Shown here: in pieces, positions 56,216-64,000 of the stretch | Position numbering within the stretch: the first letter of the stretch is position 1 | Layout: each line of letters starts with the position of its first letter | From: a virus | Strand: one strand, 5' to 3' | Virus record (IMG/VR): IMGVR_UViG_3300027747_004417 | DNA length: 64,000 nucleotides | Notes under the pieces: generated by a model | What the model was told of the DNA's origin: nothing | Seen by the model: the letters and a program-made list of their open reading frames with translations, nothing else | Database searches by the model: none | Program-made: the position numbers and the translations under genes

Positions 56216-57090
56216 ATTTTTTCTATAAACCTTATTTGAGCTTCCTTTGATCCAACAATGTATATTTCTTCTATTTTAAGTAGGTTATTTTCTTCTATTT
56301 TGATTTTCCATCTACTTTTATCTTCCTTAACGCTACTTAATATAGTTCCTTCGGGCAAATAACACCTTTGTCCTAGGACCATTTCTTTTTTCTTGCATTC
56401 TAAAAGCTTGTTGTTTTGGTAAGAAGAGTCTACATAGAAAGTTGATATTTTTTTGTTATTGTTATATTCTTTTAATGCTTTAATCAATGCTTCGCAAGCT
56501 TCGGAGTATTTAGAATCTAGCACTTTTCCTGAAAGATCTTCAATGGAAACTATGATGCTTTTTTCCCCTTCTACATAAACAAGAACCTCTTCAATACCAA
56601 TCCCCTCTGTTAAAACTGCTTCCAATTTTATGTCATAATTTCTCCATCGTATTTTCTTTGCGACGGATTCTATCTTACTTGCTAGTCCCTTTATTTTATT
56701 CTTATAGTGCTCCTCATGAGCGTCTATTGATTGGCCTATATCGTCTTCGCTCGCAGGAACGTAATAACCTGCTTCTAGGTTTTCCATTAAGTTTATGAGT
56801 TTTTTGCATTTTGGATCTTTTTTAGATTCGTTCCAATCCTTCAATTTTTCTAGCTGCTTGCTTATGCTCACCGGATTATCTGCCGCTATTGATATTCTTA
56901 CTATTTCTTCATGTGGATAAGACACTTCTTTGAGTAGAGAGGTTATCTCTTCTTTGCAAACGATATCCTTCAGGTTAACACCTTCATTTATTTTTTTGTT
57001 TATTTGCTTCCAAAGGTGGTTCTTGTATACTTCTAAGCATACTTCCACCTTCATCTGTTCTTTGTAATTTATATATTTTTGATATGACAT
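56212..57090 (-). CDS. Hypothetical protein
   Basis: MSYQKYINYKE; TAAATA just upstream; follows terL. Confidence 0.7.
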   Translation of the reverse strand: MSYQKYINYKEQMKVEVCLEVYKNHLWKQINKKINEGVNLKDIVCKEEITSLLKEVSYPHEEIVRISIAADNPVSISKQLEKLKDWNESKKDPKCKKLINLMENLEAGYYVPASEDDIGQSIDAHEEHYKNKIKGLASKIESVAKKIRWRNYDIKLEAVLTEGIGIEEVLVYVEGEKSIIVSIEDLSGKVLDSKYSEACEALIKALKEYNNNKKISTFYVDSSYQNNKLLECKKKEMVLGQRCYLPEGTILSSVKEDKSRWKIKIEENNLLKIEEIYIVGSKEAQIRFIEKI

Positions 57091-57106
57091 GGCTATTTAA
57101 TTAAGT

Positions 57107-58936
57107 TTACCAACCAAATTCTTTTATTATATTGTCGTTTTTTCTTTGAAATTGCGATATTGGGGTGTACGTAGAGTCCATTTCTGGTGCTAAAATATCT
57201 ATTTCTTCCTCGTCAAAACCCTCTACTTTGCATTCTTCGATTTCTTTTTTTATTTCTTCATAAATCTGTGATTTAATCAAATTTATGTTTTCTTTGGGCA
57301 CCTCGGCACCCAATGGTATATCTCTTGATATAGACTCCCTTGCGTATAAAGCTATCGAAATAGCCATTATAGCGTCGTCGTGCTTCCCTTTTTGTGCTTG
57401 GGCCTTTTTCGTCACAGGATTGTATTCAAAAGTCTGTAACTCTGAAACAAGCCTAATACTATTTATTAGAATAGACTTGTTAATTACTTTATTCTGTAAA
57501 CACTCTAGAATTAAGGGCCTATTTGTTTGCCCCACCTTAATACCAGGTTTTGTTGAAGAATTGACCTTGTTGGTGTCGTAATAAAGGTTTTCATAGTATA
57601 AGTTGTGCTGAAGGCTGCTTGCTACTGCTCCACCTGGCCCCATACTCTCTATTACAACCAAAGCATTGTTGTAAAAAGTTCCTACTTCATTGATAACCTG
57701 AGAGAACTCGTGAGGCAATATTACATTTGAATAAAATTCTGCAACTTGTTCTAGAGTTGAGGAATCGATTACTTGAAAACATGAATTGTCATTATTTTCT
57801 CCTTGTCCCTCAGCACAGTCCACTCCTATTATGTATTCGTGCCCCTCTATCGGTTCCTTCCACATCCACATGGACCCTTTTGAAAATTCTCCTTCTAGTT
57901 GCGATGCTCTTCCTGTGGTGTTCGTCCATTTAGGAAATAACTTTTTACTTGGGTAGTTGTTGCTCGTTTGCTCTGTTAGTTCGGTTATAATTTTTGAAGG
58001 AAAGTAAGTCTCACCGGAACCTAGAAACTCTCTTAGAACTTCTTGTAGGAAACCTTTCTCTCCGAGCTGGGCTTTTTGCTCTGCAACCCATTGCTCGTTG
58101 TTGTAGTCAGGATGCTCCCAGTAGTCTAAATCTATAACATGGAACTTGTTCTTTCCATCCTTAGCGTCCCTATAACTTTGCTCATACCAATTTCCTAATC
58201 CATTGACCGTTGATATTAAAGTACATGAACCACCGGTAGAAAGAACAGGCCATATAGCTTTCCAATGCTTTTCCATGTCATCAATAAACGCTGCTTCGTC
58301 TATTATCAAGAATGTAACTGCTTTACCACGAGCAGCTTCTGGCGAGTAAAACTTGATAGCAGAACCAGTGTCTGTGAACATTTTTAAGTGATCATTCCAT
58401 TTGCCTTCTTTTTTAGGCTTTAGCCAAGAAGGTAAATTCTCACAAGCTCTGTCTATTATCAACCCAGTGTCAGTAGCTTCTCTGTCTGTCTTTGATAGAA
58501 GCATGACTTGCTGGTCCATCTGAAACATGCATTTCCATAGACCCCACAATAAAGTTACTGTTGTCAAACCACCCTGTCTAAACTTGCTAATTATATTGAA
58601 TCTATTGCTTTCATAGTCTTTGATTACTTTCTTTTGATATTTGAAGAGCACAAATGGAATCAACCCTTTCATGGGATGCAATATTCGAATATATTTGTGA
58701 CAAAAGTAAGGAAAAGAATTGCAACATTTTATTATTTCTTTTTGCTGCCTCTGGCTGTCATAAGCTTCAACATCATCCAAAGTCTCAGAGGGATCTATTT
58801 CTAATTCATATTTATCAAGTTGGTAGTACTTGGGATCATACTGAAACCTCCCAGTTTCTTCTTCGAACAAGCCGCCTTGCTCATAGAATTCTTTTAGGCT
58901 TTTGTGCGTTTTCAGCCAGAATTTTTCTTTAGACAT
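57107..58936 (-). CDS. terL: Terminase large subunit (T4 gp17-like)
   Basis: YFCHKYI.I.HP..GLIPF.L..YQ, SKFRQGGLTT, IIDEAAFI, ISTVNG, IGVDCAEG, GKHDDAIMA. Confidence 0.95.
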   Translation of the reverse strand: MSKEKFWLKTHKSLKEFYEQGGLFEEETGRFQYDPKYYQLDKYELEIDPSETLDDVEAYDSQRQQKEIIKCCNSFPYFCHKYIRILHPMKGLIPFVLFKYQKKVIKDYESNRFNIISKFRQGGLTTVTLLWGLWKCMFQMDQQVMLLSKTDREATDTGLIIDRACENLPSWLKPKKEGKWNDHLKMFTDTGSAIKFYSPEAARGKAVTFLIIDEAAFIDDMEKHWKAIWPVLSTGGSCTLISTVNGLGNWYEQSYRDAKDGKNKFHVIDLDYWEHPDYNNEQWVAEQKAQLGEKGFLQEVLREFLGSGETYFPSKIITELTEQTSNNYPSKKLFPKWTNTTGRASQLEGEFSKGSMWMWKEPIEGHEYIIGVDCAEGQGENNDNSCFQVIDSSTLEQVAEFYSNVILPHEFSQVINEVGTFYNNALVVIESMGPGGAVASSLQHNLYYENLYYDTNKVNSSTKPGIKVGQTNRPLILECLQNKVINKSILINSIRLVSELQTFEYNPVTKKAQAQKGKHDDAIMAISIALYARESISRDIPLGAEVPKENINLIKSQIYEEIKKEIEECKVEGFDEEEIDILAPEMDSTYTPISQFQRKNDNIIKEFGW

Positions 58937-59012
58937 CTTTACCTTGTTTCTTCTCTGCCTATTGGTTATAATAATACAACCTCTTTATTTATCAAAAAAT
59001 GAGTAAATTAAA

Positions 59013-59474
59013 ATGAATAAGAATGAAATCATTGACATATTGAATAATGACCTTAAGAATGAGTGGAAACACTTAAGATTCTACCTGTACCATGCTAGTG
59101 CAGTCACAGGTCCATTAATTGAAGAATATAAAGAATTATTTTTAAAAGAGGCCTCGGGTGAAATGAACCATGTTACAGAGTTCTCAGATCTTATCATAGG
59201 CTTAGGCGGCACAGCCACAGATGAGTCTAATGAATTTGAAAAGTTCACAGATCCTTTTGATATAATAAGTTACGCCTTAAAAATGGAGGAAGAGGTCGTC
59301 TCCAATTATGTGCAAAGAATGCAGGATGCAAGTTTGTTGGGCGGCGTGGATGGACAATGGCTAGAAATTTTTATGGAAAATCAAATCCAAAAGAGTAGAC
59401 AGGATGTTGACCATTATCGTCAAATGCTAAAGTCTTGGGGTTGCCGCAAACAAAACTCGTGCGAGGCTAACTAG
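59013..59474 (+). CDS. Ferritin-like / bacterioferritin-like di-iron protein
   Basis: LNNDLKNEW...Y, E..GEMNH, EEEVV..Y, E..........H spacing of the ferroxidase centre. Confidence 0.8.
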   Translation: MNKNEIIDILNNDLKNEWKHLRFYLYHASAVTGPLIEEYKELFLKEASGEMNHVTEFSDLIIGLGGTATDESNEFEKFTDPFDIISYALKMEEEVVSNYVQRMQDASLLGGVDGQWLEIFMENQIQKSRQDVDHYRQMLKSWGCRKQNSCEAN

Positions 59475-59476
59475 TA

Positions 59477-60028
59477 ATGCCTACAGAAAATGAGAGAAAA
59501 TACATTTTAGATATTGGTTGCGTCGAAGAGGTGAAAAACACTTCTTTCGATAGATACGAAATATCTCAAGGGTATCTCATAGCCACAAGAGGCATAACTG
59601 TACGCATTAGAAGGTTTACCAAATCGAGTGGAAAAGTAAATTATTTTTTTACTTTAAAAGTCACCACATCGGGTAGAACCATAGAAATAGAAAAGAGTAT
59701 AGATGAAAGAGATTTTAATGATTTATGGAATATTGCTTTGAATAAGCTGGAGAAGACCAGATATCTTTTAAAGGACGATAATGTTTGGGAAGTAGACTTT
59801 TTTAAAGATTATAAGGACCAAGTTTATATCTGTGTTGCAGAGGTCGAGCTTCCAGAAGATCAATACGAACCTCATTCAATTCCTTCCCTAATACAAAAAA
59901 GATTATTATATACAGTCCCCTTGACTGACACTAGGTTTTCTAATAAACTATTGGGAGACGCTAGGTACGCTTCACAATTACTCAAAGAAATACGAAAGGG
60001 GTTAAAAAATGAAGTACAATTTAGTTGA
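59477..60028 (+). CDS. CYTH (triphosphate tunnel metalloenzyme) protein
   Basis: ENERKY, QGYL, VRIR, TLK, EIEK, EKTRY, WEVDFF, AEVEL. Confidence 0.9.
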   Translation: MPTENERKYILDIGCVEEVKNTSFDRYEISQGYLIATRGITVRIRRFTKSSGKVNYFFTLKVTTSGRTIEIEKSIDERDFNDLWNIALNKLEKTRYLLKDDNVWEVDFFKDYKDQVYICVAEVELPEDQYEPHSIPSLIQKRLLYTVPLTDTRFSNKLLGDARYASQLLKEIRKGLKNEVQFS

Positions 60029-60308
60029 TAATGTTCCTGTTGCTCGTTTTTGGTATAAAGGCAATCATACCCATCCGGTAAGACGTACTGTTCTAGTAAT
60101 AGAGTCTAACAAGGATTTCATTAGAGGCTATGAGTTACGAGATGGTAACATGGTAAGAGTGGCCTCTAAGGCTCCGATTAAAACCTATAATCGCAGCAAA
60201 ATTGCCAAGGGTATGAATCTAAGAAGCTCTTCAAAGAGAGGTATTGTCTCTAACAAAAGCACCTTGGTGAGAAGACCTCTTATGGATCTTATCGAGTCTG
60301 GTGTTTGA
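60009..60308 (+). CDS. Hypothetical protein, possibly WYL/SH3-like
   Basis: F.Y.......RRTV......IRGYE......TY.RSKI pattern. Confidence 0.5.
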   Translation: MKYNLVDNVPVARFWYKGNHTHPVRRTVLVIESNKDFIRGYELRDGNMVRVASKAPIKTYNRSKIAKGMNLRSSSKRGIVSNKSTLVRRPLMDLIESGV

Positions 60309-60328
60309 TTATTTAATTATATAATTTT

Positions 60329-60371
60329 AATTAATGCCCGCTCTATCTCAAAGGTAGGGTGGGCATTAATT
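60329..60371. terminator. Bidirectional terminator between convergent genes
   Basis: aattaatgcccgctctatct-caa-aggtagggtgggcattaatt: 20-bp stem with G.U pairs on the + strand, A/T flanks. Confidence 0.85.
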
Positions 60372-60390
60372 TTTAATATACTGACTATTG

Positions 60391-61143
60391 TTAAGGTGCG
60401 TTTTGATTGACAAATCCAAAACAAACCGTGCAATAGAATTCACTACGGGTATAGTTAAAAGAAACGCTACTTACTATTCCATCTATTCTAATTATATTAA
60501 ACCCTTCTGTCCCCGTAAATTGGCTATATTGGGTGGCATTTACCGGATTTTGATATGTGGTAGCCGTACTCCAAATCGGAGTAAAAGGTGCTGACACTTG
60601 AACTGGAACAGAAAGACTTGGATTGCCCACACTAGCAAATGCGACCAAAGCATCCTTGACAGGCTGGTTAAAAGTTGCAGTAAATGTACCGGCTTGAGTA
60701 TTTACAATTTGAGTCCCATTACCAGGTACTCCATATGTTTCAGGGAAAGTTGGATACCCATACATGCCATTAATACTACTCATACCACCACCAGTTTGAA
60801 CAATTGAAATCGTAATGCCATTTTGCCCGACGCCAGACGCTGTGCTTGATGTGACAGAGTTGATCGTCATCCATTGGTACCCAGAAGAGCCAAAAAATGG
60901 TGTGGGAGTTGGTGTAGGTGTATGTGTAGGTGTAGGCGTAGCTGTCGCCGTAGGTGTAGGCGTAGCTGTCGCCGTTGGTGTAGGCGTAGGAGTTGGTGTA
61001 GGATTGTTCTTATTAATAAAAGGAATATTTTCGGGGATTTTATATAAAATCTTATTCCATAGTCTTATTGATAAAGAAGAGTTTTTCCTTTCACCAAATT
61101 TATTGCTTAAATTATTATGTCCGTGAGATTTCATTGGATTCAT
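60391..61143 (-). CDS. (PT)n linker + beta-rich C-terminal domain (possible adhesin or decoration protein)
   Basis: PTPTPTPTATATP linker; TFTATFNQPV.DALVAFASVGNP...GTEGFNIIRIDG. Confidence 0.7.
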   Translation of the reverse strand: MNPMKSHGHNNLSNKFGERKNSSLSIRLWNKILYKIPENIPFINKNNPTPTPTPTPTATATPTPTATATPTPTHTPTPTPTPFFGSSGYQWMTINSVTSSTASGVGQNGITISIVQTGGGMSSINGMYGYPTFPETYGVPGNGTQIVNTQAGTFTATFNQPVKDALVAFASVGNPSLSVPVQVSAPFTPIWSTATTYQNPVNATQYSQFTGTEGFNIIRIDGIVSSVSFNYTRSEFYCTVCFGFVNQNAP

Positions 61144-61146
61144 AAC

Positions 61147-61968
61147 CTAAGCTGGGGGATTAATCAAATCTAAAGTAGTCAATACATAAGGAATCTCTGT
61201 AACTTCTGATGGGTTTGAATTAGTTCCTGTAAATTCATAATTTATTTTTCTTGCAAAATCTCCAGCAACAGCACCAGCAGGATATTCTATAATCTGAGTA
61301 ATTCTATCGGAAGCATCTACAGTTATTTTTTGGAATGTGAAAAGACCTGATCCTCTTCCCCTGAGTAGTTCCCAGTCGGCTTTCATAGCTGATGGGTCAA
61401 ATCCTGCGTTTTCTATGACTGCTTGATCAACTGGATCGGTCTCATCAAGCTTAATCAAATGTCCTACTGAATCTACAAAGTTATTGACATTCTCTATTGT
61501 GTGTCTTTCAAAATAATTTGGTATCTCTGCTACTCCGGCCTTTTTGTTAAAGCCTAGTGCTGTTTCTGCCCCAGAGTTACTAAAGTAAAACTTTAAGTTT
61601 CTAGGAGTTTTTCTTGATATTAGAACAGACTCTCCACCGGTCACTGGAGATACGCTTGCTAAGAACATTGAGGAAAATACAGGATCGTTATTAAGGGCTG
61701 ATACAACTTCTAATGCGGTTGTAGCACTTACTGTTGTACCGCTAACGTCTATTGATACTTTAGACCACTGTTTGAATTCTATGTCCCAAGAAAAATTGAA
61801 GTCCAATAAACTTCCTGAAGAAAAGTCATAAGGTGAGCTATTCCATGCTATCTGCTTTGACTGGAAGTTCTGATTAGATGGTACCTGGAACGTTGGCGAA
61901 AGCTTTCTATCGCTAAGTACTAGATATCCCTGGTATTCTTGGTCGAATAAATTTTGAAAAAATCCCAT
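61147..61968 (-). CDS. Hypothetical protein, probably structural
   Basis: ORF track; beta-rich; SD present. Confidence 0.7.
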   Translation of the reverse strand: MGFFQNLFDQEYQGYLVLSDRKLSPTFQVPSNQNFQSKQIAWNSSPYDFSSGSLLDFNFSWDIEFKQWSKVSIDVSGTTVSATTALEVVSALNNDPVFSSMFLASVSPVTGGESVLISRKTPRNLKFYFSNSGAETALGFNKKAGVAEIPNYFERHTIENVNNFVDSVGHLIKLDETDPVDQAVIENAGFDPSAMKADWELLRGRGSGLFTFQKITVDASDRITQIIEYPAGAVAGDFARKINYEFTGTNSNPSEVTEIPYVLTTLDLINPPA

Positions 61969-62029
61969 TTTGCCTCTATCTAAAGTGTTTGTTTTATATA
62001 GAGAACGTTATTACTAAAATTTATTAGTA

Positions 62030-62497
62030 CTATTTTGACAAAAAAAGCAGGTAAACTAAGGCTAGGACTTGTGCCGCTATCACAACAGTTAGCAAAATAT
62101 TCTTCAAGTCTGGGCCGTTCTTCTTCTCTTCTGTGCAAGACTCTACGAGTGGCGTCTTTAGTTTAAGCCTTTTAAGAGAACATGGCGTTAAAGTATCCTC
62201 GTTTAGGACAACAGGACGACCTTCGATTTCTTTTGCTTCACCGGTATTGCAGTCAAATTCTTCTACTTTTGAGTCTATAACCCGACCAGTCTCTTGATCT
62301 ATGGTTTCTGTTACTCTTTCATATACGTAAGATCTTGTTTTCTCTATTATTCTTTTTGATGTCTTTAAAGGTCTGACTTCTTCTGCCCTTATTTCGATAA
62401 TTTTCTGTGACTCTTTGTCGCTAACTTTATTTTCCGTTACTATTTTTTCTGCTTTTCTTCCGTCCTCTAAAACAAATTTTTCGTTATTCTCAGACAT
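62030..62497 (-). CDS. Tail-anchored membrane protein
   Basis: C-terminal ILLTVVIAAQVLALVYLLFL. Confidence 0.7.
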   Translation of the reverse strand: MSENNEKFVLEDGRKAEKIVTENKVSDKESQKIIEIRAEEVRPLKTSKRIIEKTRSYVYERVTETIDQETGRVIDSKVEEFDCNTGEAKEIEGRPVVLNEDTLTPCSLKRLKLKTPLVESCTEEKKNGPDLKNILLTVVIAAQVLALVYLLFLSK

Positions 62498-62509
62498 TTT
62501 TACCTCTTT

Positions 62510-62848
62510 TTAAAAATTTTCTGTGACCTTCATCTCTATAATATAGTCGCCAAGCAAATTTTCTGCCTCTGCCTTTGCCATCTTTTTAGCCTCCTCTAAC
62601 GACTCTGCTTCTATTGTTTTTAACGTTTTGTACTCTATCCCAAGCCCTCTATTGTACCTAACTATAGTCTTCCAATCCTTGTTTTTCATGCATTTTCTTA
62701 TAAACTCAACCGATTCTTCTAAACTATCAAAATAGTTTTTATTAATATGTTTTTTGTTTAATTTAGTTGGTATTTTTTCTACCAAAAATCTGTTTTGTTC
62801 CATATAGACTAAGAAGCCATTTTCTACTAAATCCTTTAATTCAATCAT
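62510..62848 (-). CDS. Hypothetical protein
   Basis: ORF track. Confidence 0.65.
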   Translation of the reverse strand: MIELKDLVENGFLVYMEQNRFLVEKIPTKLNKKHINKNYFDSLEESVEFIRKCMKNKDWKTIVRYNRGLGIEYKTLKTIEAESLEEAKKMAKAEAENLLGDYIIEMKVTENF

Positions 62849-62851
62849 TGG

Positions 62852-63367
62852 CTAAAAACCCCATTTTTTCTTAAGCTGGTCTAGTATGCTTGCTTTTTCT
62901 TGTTCCTTCCTTTTTTCAAGCTCTTTCTTTCTTTCTGCTGATTCTCTTCTATGCATCTTTTTTGTCGCCTCATATAAGGAATTTATGCTATCTTCCCAAA
63001 GTTCATTTGGGACATAACTTTCAAGTTCTCCTGATATTTCTTTATATACAATTTGTCCTTCATGCCTTACTGTTATTTCTCTTAAATGATGTATTAGTGT
63101 AATCGATAGGTTTATTCCCCTAGATAAAGCGTCAAACTGCCACCCTATTTCATAAGTTGCTTCTCCTTCATCCATTGTTCTTATTTCATCATTTTCTTCT
63201 TGAAATATGTCCTGATACTCTGTTGAGTCAACGTATAGGCCGCCTTGTTTTATAATTGGCGACCCAAGCTTTTTTGTTATTTGACAAAATTTACCTGCTA
63301 GTCCCATGTAGCCGTTTCTCATTGCTTCTATGGTTCTAGCTTCTTTTATACTTTGTTCGTAATTCAT
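62852..63367 (-). CDS. Hypothetical protein
   Basis: ORF track. Confidence 0.7.
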   Translation of the reverse strand: MNYEQSIKEARTIEAMRNGYMGLAGKFCQITKKLGSPIIKQGGLYVDSTEYQDIFQEENDEIRTMDEGEATYEIGWQFDALSRGINLSITLIHHLREITVRHEGQIVYKEISGELESYVPNELWEDSINSLYEATKKMHRRESAERKKELEKRKEQEKASILDQLKKKWGF

Positions 63368-63424
63368 TTTGTTGTATGTTTCACATATATATTTTTAGGG
63401 GATACATAACAAAAGGAGTTGTTA

Positions 63425-64000
63425 ATGAAAAAGTTCTTTTCTTTATTTAATTTTATAATAAAGCCTTTTAGATTTCAAGTTCAAGATAACTTTGAGCTGC
63501 CTACTATTTTGTCATTGAGCAACGGCTCAGACAAAACTAAATTTTATTTTAACGATCCTTCTACCCCTTATTTAGTAGGCGAGCAGCCACCTCCTAAAAG
63601 CACTGCTTTCCCCATGAACGTAAAAGACGACAAAGGACCAGGGTATCCTTTGGGAAGTGTAGAGCAGCAAGCTAGTGCGTGCAAACTAGTAATAAATAGT
63701 CTTTTGTCTTATTTGTTGGTTTTGTACAAGCTAACTAGTGTAGAAAACAAATTATCAAATTGGGCCTCTAAAAAGACCCTAAACATTCTTCCAAGAGCTG
63801 GAGTTGACTTAAACGCATACTACGACAGAGGCTCTTTGAGGTTCTTTTATTTCAAAGCTCCTAAGAAGGTAGTTTACGCGTGCGATGCCACTCCTGTTGT
63901 TTGCCATGAGTTTGGCCACGCATTTCTTGACGCGATGAGACCAGATTTTTGGTCTGCGCAGGCTTTGGAGATTTGGGCTTTCCATGAATCTTTTGGAGAC
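63425..64000 (+). CDS. Thermolysin-like (M4/M36-type) zinc metallopeptidase, truncated by window edge
   Basis: Not in ORF track. Hand translation from ATG at 63425 (AAGGAG SD): ...LNAYYDRGSLRFF...VVCHEFGHAFLD...AFHESFGD. Confidence 0.85.
   Translation, partial: MKKFFSLFNFIIKPFRFQVQDNFELPTILSLSNGSDKTKFYFNDPSTPYLVGEQPPPKSTAFPMNVKDDKGPGYPLGSVEQQASACKLVINSLLSYLLVLYKLTSVENKLSNWASKKTLNILPRAGVDLNAYYDRGSLRFFYFKAPKKVVYACDATPVVCHEFGHAFLDAMRPDFWSAQALEIWAFHESFGD

Noticed and set aside
18408-58936. Introns or inteins in nrdJ, primase, helicases or terL
   Set aside because: Lengths and motif spacing are ordinary; no splice-junction motifs or embedded endonucleases were seen.
60598-61126. Plus-strand ORFs with VGVG repeats
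   Set aside because: Antisense shadows of the PT linker gene.
1-64000. Alternative genetic code (stop reassignment), seen in some large phages
   Set aside because: Conserved genes (terL, nrdJ, sbcC, lat) are full length in code 11 and use all three stops normally.
1-64000. tRNA, tmRNA or rRNA genes
   Set aside because: Intergenic gaps are short and no T-loop GTTCRA cloverleaf was seen by eye; tRNAscan-SE or ARAGORN would be decisive.

Overview
This 64 kb window looks like part of a large, AT-rich lytic tailed-phage genome (jumbo/huge, T4-like myovirus type), read in standard code 11 with dense genes and frequent strand switches. Hallmark genes: gp17-like large terminase, gp13-like neck protein, gp61-like primase, gp46/47 (SbcCD), Dda/RecD-like and UvrD-like helicases, a Holliday-junction resolvase, class II ribonucleotide reductase, and MoxR AAA + vWA. 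Auxiliary genes include glutamate dehydrogenase (window-truncated, missing from the ORF track), L-lysine epsilon-aminotransferase, GMP reductase, a ferritin-like protein, a CYTH protein, about seven glycan genes, about five peptidases and a shortened McsA-like protein. Several proteins resemble families I recall from Planctomycetota, so that host is an inference. The most notable signals are: (i) a T4-like capsid-targeting N-terminal motif on more than ten otherwise unrelated proteins, including a UvrD helicase; (ii) a coupled GT2 / PaaK-CapK ligase / mucin-like (TETP)n Cys-rich protein operon; (iii) a Lat+GDH amino-acid nitrogen module; (iv) a DGQHR/AAA/vWA locus bracketed by paralogous domains; (v) a LAGLIDADG protein lacking both catalytic Asp; (vi) a terminator/antiterminator leader before a glycosyltransferase. 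No tRNA, rRNA or CRISPR array was seen. All family calls come from motifs read by eye; no database searches were run.
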